Shown piece by piece: positions 1 to 58,044 of a DNA stretch of 64,000 bases. Position numbers and translations under genes: made by a program. Below the pieces are notes generated by a model. It was not told where the DNA came from. It did no database searches and saw only the letters and a program-made list of their open reading frames with translations. The first letter of the stretch is position 1. Each line of letters begins with the position of its first letter. Source of the DNA: the human T2T-CHM13v2.0 reference genome, Homo sapiens; assembly GCF_009914755.1 (NCBI RefSeq), contig NC_060941.1, one strand, 5' to 3'.

Positions 1-530
1 GCCAAGTGACATGAACTGGACACTGAAGGGCACATGCGGTATGAGTCCATTCATTTCGAGTGTCCAGAAGAGGCAACTTCATAGAGATAGAAAGTCCGCT
101 GGTGGTTTCCAGGAGATGGAGAGAAACAGGGAGTGATTACTAATGGGTACAGGATTTCTTTTTTTCTTTTGTTTTTTTGTAAGACAGAATCTTGCTCTGT
201 CACCCAGGCTGGAATGCAGTGATGTGATCTCGGCTCGCTGCAACTTCCGACTCTAAGGCTCCAACAATTCTCCTACATAGCTGGGATTACAGGTGTGCAC
301 CACCATGCCCAGCTAATTTTTGTATTTTTAGTAGACATGGGGTTTCACCATGTTGATCAGCTGGTCTCTGACCTCAGGTGATCCACCCACCTCGGCCTCC
401 CAAAGTGCTGGGATTATAGGCGTGAGCCACTGTGCCCAGCTGGTACGGGGTTTCTTTTTGGGGTGATTAAAATGTTCTAAAATGGATTGTGGTAATGGTT
501 GCACAATTTTCTGAATGTACTCTGTCATGT
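1..530 (+). mobile_element. Old L1M (L1MB-like) 3' fragment split by an antisense Alu (about 158-441)
   Basis: Typical L1M 3' text (TAATGGGTACAGG...TTTTTGGGGTGAT..AAATGTTCTAAAAT.GATTGTGGTAATGGTTGCACA); GGTACRGGRTTTCTTTTT duplicated around the Alu. Confidence 0.6.
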
Positions 531-532
531 GA

Positions 533-995
<463 letters not shown>

Positions 996-1229
996 TCAGT
1001 GGGTAAGACCAACAACGATCAGGCTGGGCACAGGGCACCAGGTGGCGGGGATGAGGCCTGAGGCCCCGTGAGCGGAGTGGCCAGCTTGGGGTGGAGTGGG
1101 CCGGCTCCTCTCTAGAAACCTTCCTGGCAGGTAGGGTGTTTCAGAACCCTCCTTTTGCATGTTAGACAGATATCCACTTTGTCTGCACCAGAGCGGATGG
1201 GTTAGGACAGCCAAGTACCGGCTGCTGCG

Positions 1230-1305
1230 GGGCCTGCAGTTGCGTCTCAGGTTCCTCGTCTGTAAAACGGGATGAGAACAGCACCTGCCTCACAGAGTCC
1301 GCGTG
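1230..1305 (+). mobile_element. MIR core fragment
   Basis: TCTCAGGTTCCTCGTCTGTAAAACGGGATGAGAACAGCACCTGCCTCACAG resembles the MIR core. Confidence 0.6.
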
Positions 1306-3462
1306 AACATCAAAGGTGCAGGATGTTTGGGGGCTCCGCTCGGCGTCTCCGGCGATGACCATGTGATAAATGACAGTTATGCTGCCCAGGCGTCGTGGGA
1401 TTGCAGGCGATCCCCCAGGGACCAAGGTTGACTGCGAGGGCAGACATGGGGGCCTGGCGACGAGAGCACCACAGTGCCCATCCCAGGCTGCATGGTTGCG
1501 TGTGGTGTCCCTCACAGGGTGTGCCCTTCTCTGCTTCCCTGGCCCTGCCCCATCCCCACTGTCCTGTTCAGGGAGGACCATACAGGGTTCCCCAGGCTCC
1601 CATTCAGGTGGCGCCGGGGCTTCTGACTGAGCCTAGACTCTGTGTGCCCCGCGGCAGGAAAGCTGGGGAAACGAAGGCCCAGAGGGGACTCTGTGCTTCA
1701 GGAGAGGCACCCCGAGACAGGACGGGGTGAGGGTTCTGTTCACCGCCTTCCCCTGGGGAGGGAGCTGGGGATGCACAGGTGGTTCTGAGTCAATCCGCCG
1801 GGGTCACGGCTGTGCTGGGGGGCCGGAGCCCCCCCCCTGGGAAAAAGGGGTCAAGACAGCACATTTCAGGAAGCAAGGGCCCAAGCTGGCGGGCAGGCGC
1901 AGTCGGAGAGGGAGGAAGGTGTGATGGAGGGCAGCTGGCGGTACAGGGGTCCCCTCGAGACCTCGCGTGGGGCCCTGGAACTTGGTGATATGAGCGTCCA
2001 GCACACAGCATGTCAGGCAGCCCCAGACCCGGCTTCCTTGTCCATACTGGAGGCGGCTCCCTGCCGCACATCCCGGGCCCCTCCCCCCAGGGCCTTGAGC
2101 GCCAGGGCCGCTCTGGGCTCCAGCTGCTGCCAGCCGTCTGGGGCCCAGCTGTTGTGTGCTGGCCTCGGCCGCCCCGCCCCGCCTGGCCACCTGGGCTGCC
2201 CTGCGCCCCAGCTGCTGGCCTCTGAGGCCCAAGTGAGCAGGGAAGTGAGGCGGGCCACCCGCTTCCCCATGTGGCTGGCTGTTGGGGGAGGCCGCCGCTT
2301 CCCCCTTGGCTGGCTCTTGGGGGAGGCCCTGCTCTCCAACCGGCTCAGAGTGGGGGAGGTGCCGAGGCCAGGCGGTGCCGTCGCAGAGCATGGCCCCTTT
2401 TTGGTTTCCCCCAACCTCCTTTTCTGGTCACCCCATCCATCAGAAGGACCCTTCTTGGCCTCATATCCTGGGACCTTGATGAGCCAAGTCCCTTGTCAGG
2501 AGCTGCTGTGGCTCTCGCCCAGGTCCTTGGAGGGGCGAGGGGGGCCCCTGGGCGGGGCGGCTGCTCCTGGGCTTGGTGTTGGGGCTGCCCTCTCCCTGGC
2601 CCCAGTGCCTGGGAGTGAGTGGCCTCTGGATTCCCTGGTGGAAAGGATCGGCCTTGCCCTAGGATGTCCTTCACCCAGGTGAGAGCTCCTAGAGCCCAGC
2701 GGGGAGGCCGAGGCTGTCATTTTTGGACCCAGGTATTTGGCGGGATCTGCCCCTCTTGGCACCCCTGCAGCTGAGCTCCGCCCCATCCCGCCTCCTCCCT
2801 ACGGCTTCACCCGGCTGGTGCCAACATGCAGCCTACTGGGCTAACCATGGAGTGGCAGGGCCACCAGGGAAAGGCCACCCTCCAAAGCTGGGGGAGGAAG
2901 GGCATGGGGATGGGGGAGTCCCAGCTCATCAGTGGAGATGCCGCCTCTTGGGACATCACGCAGACAGTGTGTGGCTCCTTCCTGGACAGGTGAGGGAGGC
3001 TGGAGGTCAGGCTCCCGGGTGCCAAGGGGAGGGGCAGAGAGGCTGGTCCTTTGCCCTCCCAGCTGCCAGGCTCCACCGCCCTCACGAGCTGCAGGCCGCG
3101 GCCCCCACCCGTCCAGCCTGCTGGTCCCCACGCTCCTGCTCCTGCCGCAACAGCGGCAGCAGGCCAGGGAGGCCATGTGACCTTCGCTCGCCCTCCCTCC
3201 CTCCCTGTGATCCCCACGTGGCCTCTGGGGAGGCAGAAACAAACCCTCAGATCTTGCCACTGGGAACCTTTCAGCGCCAGCGACATCAAAGAGGGGCGGC
3301 GGCGGCGGGGGCGGCCGGCGGATGCTTCTCTTAAAGGGCCACGCCACTTTTAATTCAAAGCAGATCCTGGGAGCAGCTGTCTAGCTGCTGTCTGGGAGGG
3401 AAGGTGGCAGCCGAGCCCTCTCCAGACCTGGCTGCAGTTGCTCCTTAGAACTAGTTCAACCA

Positions 3463-3812
3463 GGCTGGGTGCGGTGGCTCAAGCCTGTAATCCCAGCACT
3501 TTGGGAGGCCAAAGCAGGGAAAACACGTGAGGTCGGAAGTTCGAGACCAGCCTGGCCAACATGGTGAAACCCTGTCTGCTAAAAACACAAAAATCATTAC
3601 AGAAAGAAAACTCATGGGATGAAAAAAAAAAAAAAAATCAGCCAGGCATGGTGGTGGCGCGTGCCTGTAATCCCAGCTACTTGGGATGTTGAGGCACGAG
3701 AATTCCTTTAACCCAGGAGATGGAGGTTAGAGTGAGCTGAGATCACGCCACTGCACTCCAGCCTGGGTGAGAGAGTGAGACTCTGCCTCAAAAAAAAAAA
3801 ACAACAAAAAAA
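3463..3812 (+). mobile_element. Alu (S-like) with TSD AACTAGTTMAACC
   Basis: Full dimer, A tail, flanking duplication near 3449 and 3813. Confidence 0.9.
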
Positions 3813-3999
3813 AACTAGTTAAACCGGAGAGGGGTGGGGACGGAGAAGAAGAACCAGCACTATGCCGCCCTTAGAACTGAGGCTGACAAGGTCCCAAGTG
3901 GCCAGACGGCAGCAAGGTAGAAACTAGATTCGTTTAATGAAATAAATAGTGTGAGCCCTCTCGCACATTTATGTATGAGCTGCGATTCTTTTATGATTA

Positions 4000-4291
4000 T
4001 TATTTTTAGAGACAAGGTCTCACTCTGTGTTGCCAGGCTGGACTGCAGTGGTGTGATCACGGCTCACCGTAGCCCTGAACTCCCGGGCTCAAGTGATCCT
4101 CCTGCCTCAGCCTCCTGAGTACCTTGGACTACAGGCTTGCACCACCACACTCGGTTACTTTTTAATTTTTTTTGTAGAGATGGGGTCTCACTATGTTGCC
4201 CAGGCTGGTCTTGACCTCTTGGGCTCATGTGATCCTCCCCCTTAGCCACCCTAGATGCTGGGATTACAGCCGCATGTCACCCTGCCTGGCC
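4000..4291 (-). mobile_element. AluJ-like
   Basis: Diverged antisense Alu. Confidence 0.8.
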
Positions 4292-5103
4292 CTGAGGTGG
4301 GATTGTGAACCTGCCCAGGTGTCTGTCCTGCCTAGAGGCCACTGACTGAGGCTGGAAGTGAGGCAGCTCCATGAGCCACAGGAAGGTTCCCTGACCACCT
4401 CCCATTCATTTGCCTGAGCCCTGTCCCAGGCACGGGGACATGGGGCCGGGATGGCAGGTGCACCTTTGCAGGGCTTGTCTTCTGGAGGAAGCAGATGCTG
4501 AAAAGTAGCTGTTCAAGGAGCTCCCTGACAGGGTGACAGGGGAAGGGAAGACAGGAAAGCCAGGCAGAAGACAGCCCCTGTGCTGGGCATTCAGTGGGCC
4601 TGGCAAGGGCCTGGGCCAGCCCTGGGATTGACTTTGTGCAGCCTTCGGGGAGGAACCCAAACTCATCTTCTGGCCTGGCTCAGGCTTCCTGCAGCCCACC
4701 GGGGACTCACTGCCTGCAATGACCTCTTGGCCTTCCTGTGCCAAGTCAGGGTCCACTCACCTGCCTGGAGGGTGCTACAGGTGAGGATCTGAGGCCTGGG
4801 CAGGCGAGGCTCTATGTTGGAGGCCAGCACAGACCAGGTCAAAGTTCAGTTCGGTGCAGGTAGGGGGCTGGACCTGGTGCCTGGACCATTCCACGCCTGG
4901 ACACTGTGGCCTCCCATGCAATGTCCAGCAGTGAGCACTTTGTGCTTTTGACTTAGTGCATGGTGGAGAAGAGTGGAGTCATAGGTGGCCGCAGAGTGGG
5001 GTCATGCGTAAATCTTTGAAAACGTGGGTGGGCTGCAGTGATAACAGCAAAAGAGACTGTGATATCCTGTGGTCACCTGTTGTATAAGGAGGAAGATAGG
5101 TTA

Positions 5104-5264
<161 letters not shown>

Positions 5265-5412
5265 ATATATATATACATATATACATATATATACATATAT
5301 ATACATATATATACATATATACATATATATACATATATACATACATATACACATATATACATATATATACACATATATACATATATATACATATATATAT
5401 ACATATATATAC

Positions 5413-5443
<31 letters not shown>
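5265..5443. repeat. (TA/TACA)n microsatellite in Alu tail
   Basis: ATATATACATAT... run of about 180 bp. Confidence 0.95.
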
Positions 5444-5444
<1 letters not shown>

Positions 5445-5509
5445 TTGATTCCAAAGTATAAAGACATGGCCTGACCTGTTTCTTCTCCCACTCATCCTCA
5501 TAGAAAACC

Positions 5510-6695
<1,186 letters not shown>

Positions 6696-6809
6696 TGAAA
6701 ATATAGCACTATAAAAAAGGATGAAGAAAAAACCCCAAATTTAGTAAAAAACAAAATAAATAAATGTAACCTAACCGTGCATCAAATTGTTAAACGGACC
6801 TAACCTACC

Positions 6810-7683
<874 letters not shown>

Positions 7684-7993
7684 CTAACCTAACCTAACAC
7701 AGAAAAGCAAATTAATTCAAATAACTTTTGAACACAATACTCTATGTTTCTTTAATGGGACATACTCTAAAGGACAAAAATAGCTACAAAGACATCTTGA
7801 AATTTCCACAGTAGATCTGTTGTTAATAGCAAGATTGCCGCAGTACCTCTGAAACTATTTGGAGGGCATTTTAGAACAAAGCAAATGAATAAATATACTG
7901 ATTTACTGACAATTAGGGTTCTCACTGCGGACAAAGGAGGTATTAGGTTGAACCATGTAGGTTTTGTCATTTTTTTGTAGATCAAAAATGATC

Positions 7994-11049
<3,056 letters not shown>

Positions 11050-12805
11050 ATATTTAATAACTTTTTAAAGAAGGGGAAGCTTGACCGAAAGTGACTATAA
11101 ATGTAGAAGAAACAATAAACTTGGGAAGCCATGATTTTGCAGCTTTACGGTTTAACACTGAATCTACTCATTAACTGATGCTAAAACTGTTGGGCAAATG
11201 GTTATTGGGAAAACTTGATGCTTGTGGTCTCAGAGAATGACCTCACGCATGCCTTAATTACTCCACAAGGAGCCACGGACCTTGACCATGGAGGAATTCA
11301 GCAGACCCAAAGCTGACCAAGTGGTTCAACTTCACGTCCTCACTCATGGCCACGCTGATGTCCTGCACCTCCTGCTGACTTGTCACCTCCCTTCATCATT
11401 GCCCCAAACGTTTAACCAAGGATCCAGACTGTGGGACAGTCTAAGGAAAATAGGAACAGACTCTTCAAAAACGCCAATAAAGAATTAAAACCCACCAGGT
11501 GATGTGTGGCTCAGTAAGGTTCTGAGGTTGCACAGAGCATGGGACTGGCTGGCTGGATGGGAGGGCTATGGCTAGCCTGGGGCTTTCCCCAGGTTTCTCC
11601 AATGTACATAGATGTCCGTGTTTGTCAGCATACAGGTGTGTGTGGGTGACATGGATATGTCATCGACAGGAAGGCACAACAGCACCCATGCAGAGATGTC
11701 CTTAGACTCAGCAATGACTGCCGGGTGCGGTGGCTCACGTGTGTAATCCCAGCCCTGTGGGAGGATTGACTGATAACTGCACCAGTTCCCCCTTCCACAG
11801 GCTACTGGGCAGCTGAGCCCTAGCCAGGAGTCCGCAGAGACAGGCAGGCACATGGAGAGAGGAGTGCCAAGGCCCGGCTGAGCCATGGAGGTGGGGGGCG
11901 GGGCGGAACACGTGCGAGTGCTGTCCATGAGTGGCCCAGGTGCTGGGAGCTAAGCACATTCGACGGCTGCGAGTCAGGAGGGCAGCTCCTTCTGGAAGCC
12001 TGGAGCTGGTGAGGCCAGGTGCTTTCCCTGCTGCGGTGGCTGGCGATGGGAGTGTTTCCTGAGGCTGCCACCAAGCCCCTCCTCAGCATGGGTTGGTGCG
12101 GGAAGTCCTTGAGTGCCTGTGGGTCGGCAGGAGCTCCGGTGAGACTCAAGTTCGCTCACCCCACGGTTCTGAAACCGGTCTCCCGCCTTTCCTACCCTCA
12201 GGTTTAGGGACCGTCGCGGCAGCCCTAGGGCTGCCAGATTCTGCACTCCCATTTTAGGATGAAAGAAATCAGGTCTAGACTGAGGGCCACGAGTCCCAAC
12301 ACCCAGGGAGGATCCGTACAGGGGCGGGGGGACTGCCCCAAACCATAAGGTCAGGAGGTGGACGCTGACCACAGGGACAGGTGGGCAGGGAAGAGGCTCA
12401 GCTGCTGGAGTGGAGGAAGCCGGGAGGGTCGGGGGAGAGCAGGGCACCGAGCTGGGGACGTGTCAGGGACGAAGCGAGGGTGGGCGAGCGCGGACCGCTG
12501 GGACCCCGGGGCTCAGTGCCGCTCACCGGGGGTGACCGCGCGCCCAGCCCCGGCCCAGCCTGGCCCCGGCGAGCCCATCCAAGCCGCGCTTCCCGGAGGC
12601 AGAGGACGACCGCGCTTTCCGGGTCTGGCGCGGGCTTTGGCGGCCCAAGGGCGGGGCCGGGGCGCCGTGGGTGGGGAAAGGGCGGGGCCTGGCAGGACCC
12701 GGAAGTGCGCTGCGGCCCCGCCCCCTGGCCGCGTGGCTGCGCGTCCTGGCTGTTGCCGATAAAGTTGTTTGACGCCGGCCCGGCGGCGGGTCACGTGAGC
12801 GGAAA

Positions 12806-52481
<39,676 letters not shown>

Positions 52482-52541
52482 GAGCTGCCAGCCTGAGGTG
52501 CCCACTCCGCCAGCCACAGGACCACCTCCTCTGCCAGCAGG

Positions 52542-52547
52542 AATAAA
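52542..52547 (+). terminator. ASPSCR1 polyadenylation signal
   Basis: AATAAA 60 nt after the stop codon. Confidence 0.85.
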
Positions 52548-53879
52548 GACTTGTGCATCCCTCAACGCCTTCCTGTCATGCTTCCTCCAGAAAAGGGCCC
52601 CCGTCGTCTGCCCTGGCTCAGCTGGACCGCAGTGTCCAGGCCTGAGAGCCTGGTGGACCATGGTGTGGGCCCCTGAGGAGCCTGGTGGACCGTGGTGTGC
52701 ATCCTGAACCCGCGTGGGTCTCCTCTTCGTTTTTAACCTAACAGTTATTTACACTTCCTCCAAGGAGAACAGAAGTGCTTGAGGAAAGTCTTTTGGGGGA
52801 AATCACCTGCAACCCAGGAGCCAAGCCCTGGGCCAGGAGCTGGGGGAGGAGCTAGTAGGTCACCCCACATCCGTAGGGCAGGGCCTGGCCTCAGGCCTCC
52901 TGCTGCCCCCGAGCGGGCTATAGTGCTGGGTTCTGGCCCTGGTCCACCCTGCAGCCAGCCTCCCCAGCAAGTCTGATGACTTCTACAGGCTCCCAGGGCT
53001 TTCAAACTGACCTACTGAGGTGGGCAGGGCGGGGAAGGGGTGGATCCCAGCAGCCCTGCCTGCCCGGGGCCACTGGGGCTACATCGAGGATGAAGAGGCT
53101 CGCCTCAAAGTTGTCTTCGGGCACCAGGGCAGGAGAGAGGCTGGGTCGCCTCCGATGGTTCCCAGGGGCAGCTTTTGTGCTTCCCACCCTGGGGCCTGAC
53201 TCCCTACCCTTTCCCCTCCCTGCACGGGGCTCCAGGATGGCGCTCAGCTGAGAGCCCCTGGGGTGCTTCCAGTCCTGGGCTCTGACAAGAGAGAGAACGT
53301 GAGGTGGGCTGGAGGGGAAGTGGTCCAAGGCCCTGCCCGCTTCCCAAGCGTTGGCACAAGTGGGGCTTATGCCAGAGGCCCCTGAGAGTCAGAGGGCAGC
53401 CAGACCTGGGTGGGGCATCCAGACAGGTCCCACAGCCCTGCGTCTCCAAGGGTGGGCAGGGGGCGTGGCCCGAGGGGGCTGACCTGCACCTCTCTGGCAC
53501 TGCTTGGGAAAAGAGGAGGCCTTCATTTCAGCAGGGCCTTGGGCCAGGGTCCCTCTCACCCTGTGCATCCTGGTCCTGCCTGTGACCACAGGAACATTCG
53601 TGGAAGCCACTGCCCACTGGTGGCAGCCCCCGTGGCTGCCCCAACCCCTGGGGTAGGAATAACATTTCCCAGGCAGGTGGCCACATGTACGTGGTCCGGG
53701 CTCCACAGCGCCTGGGGGTGGGGCCGAGGCACTCGCACACATGCTGTTTGTTAGTGCATCCTCCTGGCGCTTTGCTTTCTTACCAGGAGTGGAAGGGCAC
53801 ACACGGGAAGTGCAGCTTTGAAGCAGTTTGACTTTGGTGATTAATGGCAAGAAAGCCAAGCTGGGAGAGACAGTTTTGA

Positions 53880-53885
53880 TTTATT
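53880..53885 (-). terminator. CENPX polyadenylation signal
   Basis: TTTATT on + (AATAAA on -), about 480 nt after the stop; convergent with the ASPSCR1 3' end. Confidence 0.8.
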
Positions 53886-54363
53886 GATGTTGCTTTGTGA
53901 GAACAAATTTATAGCCTGGGGAAGCATCTTCCAAGGGGAATATCGCATGGCTGGAAAGGTCACACGCCAGCTTTGATGTCGGGTGGCAGGAATGTGGGCA
54001 GGAGGCAGCGCTGCCAGCTGCTGTTTGTCAAACACACAGGCTACCTGCTGGCCAGGCCTTTCCCAGCACCTGCCTGTAGGACCCCGGGTGGCATGCACAC
54101 TATTGTCCCAGGGAGGAGAGGCAGGGACTCCCCAGGTGCTGCCCCTTCCCACACCAGTGTCCCCACTGGACACTCCAAGGCCCGCAGTGCACTGCAGTCC
54201 TGCCCCTTCTGCACAGGCTGGAGACTCCCAGAGATCTTGTTTGAATCAACTCCAAATCCTTCAGGTCCTTCCCTGCCTCTTATCAGAGGCCGCTGGAAAC
54301 ACAAGGCCTGCTTCTGTGGACCAGGGGCTCCTCTGGGGGTGGCCTCAGCCACGGCTGAGATCC

Positions 54364-54378
54364 CTAGAAGTCCAGGAG
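54364..54378 (-). CDS. CENPX: CENPX exon 5 coding part
   Basis: ccacag|CTCCTGGACTTCTAG, LLDF*. Confidence 0.92.
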   Translation of the reverse strand, partial: LLDF

Positions 54379-57300
54379 CTGTGGGGAAGAGAAGCACTTA
54401 GGGCCAGCCAGCCGGGCACCCCCACTTGCGCCCCGACCCACGCTCACGCACCAGCTGCGGAAGCACCTTCTCCAGCTGGTCCACGTCCACACGGAGCGCG
54501 TCTTCTGCCTGGGCCTGCCGCACGCCGCGGACTGCTGCTTCTGCGGTGAGAAACGCGAGAGGTGGGGGATGCTGGGGGGATCTTAAACCCGAGCCCAGTG
54601 AGGGCCTCAGCCTGGGCCGGTGCCCCCCCCAACACCCACGGGCAGCCCCCAGAACCAGGCCACAGCACCTGACAAACAGGCTCAGGAGACCCAAGTTTAG
54701 GCCCTTGTGGGAAACGGGAAAACACGTCTTGGTTTTCCCGCTGGAAAAACGCAAAATTCCGGATGCTGTGCCCGGAGGGAGCGTGGGCCCTGGGCTCACC
54801 CACAACGAAGACCTTCAGCAACTCCACCATGAGCTGCAGCGCGTCCCCGCTCACTGCAAGGCAGGGGGAGGTTATGCGGGACCCTCACCCACCGCTCTGG
54901 CTGGGTGCTCCAGACATACCCCCGCCCTCCCGAGGCCTTGGCCCTGCAGAGTTGCAGGAAAGGGTCCCTGAGGACAGACACGGGGACCCACCTCCCGCCC
55001 GCACCCCCACCCGCACCTTTGGTCTTGTCATCCTTGAAGTGCAGGTGCAGCAGCCTGCTCACCAGCTCCTAGAAGGGAGGGGGGTGTCAGCGCCACGCCC
55101 CGCCCTCCCCCCCGCACCCCCCAGGGTGGTGACCATTCTGGTGACAGTGGCTGTGACTTCTGGCTGGAGACGCCCTCTGTGCCTGAGCCTCTCCCAGGGC
55201 AGGGGACAAGGGCCAGCCTAGTGCTTCGGGTGGCAGAAGCTGAAGCAGATGCGTGGGCAGCTCCACTAGGGGGCGCCAGGGCCCTGCACAGGGTCTGGGC
55301 TGGGAGCCTCCCTACGGCGTGAGTGGTCGCAGACACGGGAGCAGGCCCCGCTGCTGGGGCTCCAGGGAGAGAGTGGAGAAAGGCCTCGTCGAGTCCGGCC
55401 TAATCTTGCACTCCCATCCCCGGCAGAGGGCCATGGCTCTGCTCTCCTTGTGGGGAGGCAGGGAAGGCAGAGCCCGGGTTGGGTCTGGAGGCTGGAGGTG
55501 GCTGCTCTGCAGGTGGGCTGGCCTGAGGGAGTGCCACCAGTAGGGCCTTCCTTGTGCCAACTCTGTTCTGGGTGCTGGGTCAGCTCCGCCCGTCTTGCCC
55601 TGGTGCTCATGATCCTGCAGGAGGTGCTGGTGTCCTGGGAGCGCAGAGCGGGGCTGCGCCAGCGTGGTCCACAGGCTGGAGTGAGGGGTGGGCCAGACGC
55701 TGAGGGCCCAGGGCATGATGAGCTCTCCGTGTCTCCATGGCAGGAAACTGGGAGTCCTCTCTAGGTTTTTGTGGAAAGCAGCACTGGCGTTGGAAAGGAC
55801 CACTCTGGCTGCCATGCCCGGGGTGGGGGGAAGGGAGGGGGCTGCAGAGCCAGGGCCTTTCTGCCTTTCTGATGGATGGAGGACGGGGACAAGGGAGGAG
55901 TCTACGCCAAGACCCCAAAAGGACGGCACTGCTCTGAGGAGATGGGGGGCCGTGGGCAAGTGCATTTTGGAGCTAGGACACAGGAGATCAGTTTGGGATG
56001 CGTTGTGTGTGAACACAGGAGTGGTGGGTGGCAGCTGCAGTGGTGGCGGCCGAGACTCAGGAGGGCAGCCCTGGGTGGCTGGTGGAGCCATGAGACTCAG
56101 TGAGGTGGCCCAGGCCAGGCACCGGCCCACAGCCGCCGGGAAAGGAGCCAGCACGGAGAGTCCAGGACTGGGGGTGGGGGCAGTGGGCACCCAGGAGCCC
56201 AGAAACAGGCCACTAAAAGGGCAGGTGGGTGAACTACCAGCCAGGCCACCAGCATCGGCCACAGGGAGGTCACAGCACCTCACCCAGAGCAGTCCAGCAG
56301 GTGACAAGCAGAGCATGGACGGGTGAAGCCCTAAGATGCAGATGGTGAAGAATGTTCCCCAGCAGCGGGCAGCAGGGTCCAGCATCCCGGCTTGTCCAGC
56401 ATCCCGGCTCGTCCTGAGCCCTTGCTGTTCCCTAGCCAGGGTCCCAGTCACCACCCGCATGAGCCCAGTGCCACCTGCTGGTCCTTCCAGCTGCTTACTG
56501 CCAGCAGTACCAGAAAGGCACCAGAAAAGGTAGAGAAGGCACTATCTCCCCACCTGCTCCGGGACCCCCAACACTGCTGCCCCAGGCCTTGGAAGGAAGA
56601 CCACGCCAGAGAGTGGCGGATGCCAGGTCTGCCTCGACAATCCATGGGGCTTCCCCGTACATCGGCAGTGGCCTCGGAAGGCAGGCCCAGCACTGGGGCG
56701 GTTGTGGAGGGTGCCTAGGACACAGCCAGCTTTGCCCCATGACGTGGGCGCCACGCCAGGGCTACGGGCCCCCCACTCCCCGTCATTCTCACGCTCATTC
56801 TCTGCAATGACCACAACTCCAGCTCTGGCCAGAGCCCCTGGGCCTCTAGTTGTCAGGTGGGCTTGATAGAACACATGACCTCCTGGGGTGTGTACCCAGT
56901 GCCCCGTCTCCGGCAGTGGCCTTTTGGCTACTTTAACCTGGTGTTCTCACAACCACCCAGTGAGGTGGCCCAAGCCTCAGTGACTTTCTCTTTCTGAATT
57001 CCGGCAAGAATCTTCAACTCCACCACCAGAGTTCCCCACACCGACACCCCCCGCCCCCCACGCCTGCTGCCTTGGGTGATAAAGAAGGGCCTGATTCAGG
57101 AGAAACAGAATTCTCCCTGCTTCTACAGGGCTGAAGTCCTCCCTCCAGGATGGGTTCACAAGGGCCTGAGACCCTCCCTTCCCAGGCCACAGAGGCCCAC
57201 GAGGCCCTGCTGACATCGAGGAAGCTCGGTGCCCCAACCTTCAGGTAGAGCAGTAGAAAGGTTCAGAAACCACTCTGCCTGCACCGATGGGGTCCTCTGC

Positions 57301-58020
57301 ACATGGCACCCCCAGAGAGCTCCACTTCCAGGAACAGGGAAGAGCAGGGCACGCCCTCCAGCCTGGGCGGATCCTGGCTCAGACGGCCTAGGTCTGACCC
57401 TAGCCCTGCTGAGTCACTTAACGCCCCCGTGCCTCAGTTTCTCCACTGGCAGGTGGGGTTAATCCCTGTCAAGTGTGTGTAACGTGGAGCACCGAAGAAA
57501 CCACGCGTTCCTAGCCCAGTGCTGGCGCCCACCGGGGAGCAAACAAAAGGGAAACCACTGTGCCTGGCGGCTGGGGTAGGTCCTGCCGGCTCCTCGGGCT
57601 GGACGATCTCACTGTCCCCGTCCTGGGGCCTCATCTCCCCTTAACAAAAGACCCCAGGCTCAGGGCGCAGGGCGGCGGCCCAGCTCCTCCTCTCTCTTCG
57701 CCGGCTTGGACTCCGCCGTGACGGCGCCCACCCCTGCCTGTTTCTGCAGACCCTCTCCACCTTCCCGCAGCCCCGGCTGCTCCACGCCCCCTCCTACCAG
57801 CTGCGAGACACCAGCCCACGAGGGCGCGGGGCGCGCGGCCCGGCCGGAGATGGAGTCTGAGAACGGGCCCAACCTCAAAGGCACAGGGGGCGGCGCGGGG
57901 GCTGGCGTCTGGCCCTCACAGTGTCACGCGTGAGGTCGGGACGGAGCGTCCGCGCCTGCCTAGCCCCTGCCCTCCGGCCCTCACCTTCCGGAAGCCGGAT
58001 CCAGCTCCTGCTCCCTCCAT
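54364..58020 (-). CDS. CENPX: CENPX (STRA13/MHF2/FAAP10) histone-fold centromere and FANCM-associated protein, 5 exons, 81 aa
   Basis: complement join(57985-58020,55017-55068,54800-54853,54452-54540,54364-54378) = 246 nt: [81 protein letters not shown]. Confidence 0.97.
54452..54540 (-). CDS. CENPX: CENPX exon 4
   Basis: ccgcag|AA, (E)[29 protein letters not shown], donor CTG|GTGCGT. Confidence 0.95.
54800..54853 (-). CDS. CENPX: CENPX exon 3 (54 nt, symmetric phase 1-1)
   Basis: ttgcag|TG, (V)[17 protein letters not shown], donor G|GTGAGC. Confidence 0.93.
55017..55068 (-). CDS. CENPX: CENPX exon 2
   Basis: ttctag|[20 protein letters not shown], donor G|GTGCGG. Confidence 0.95.
57985..58020 (-). 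CDS. CENPX: CENPX exon 1 coding part
   Basis: [12 protein letters not shown], donor AAG|GTGAGG. Confidence 0.95.
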
Positions 58021-58044
58021 GACCGCAGCCTCAACGCGCGCCCA

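Noticed and set aside
1921-3347. ORFs of 160-250 aa in the GC-rich upstream region
   Set aside because: Pro/Gly/Ala/Arg-rich, open in several frames on both strands, no domain or exon structure; expected in GC-rich DNA.
54444-54854. CENPX intron 3 open frame (136-aa ORF)
   Set aside because: The intron is 259 nt, so retention shifts exon 4 out of frame; no support for a functional extension.
55312-56460. 382-aa ORF in CENPX intron 1
   Set aside because: No domain signature and composition typical of GC-rich non-coding DNA.
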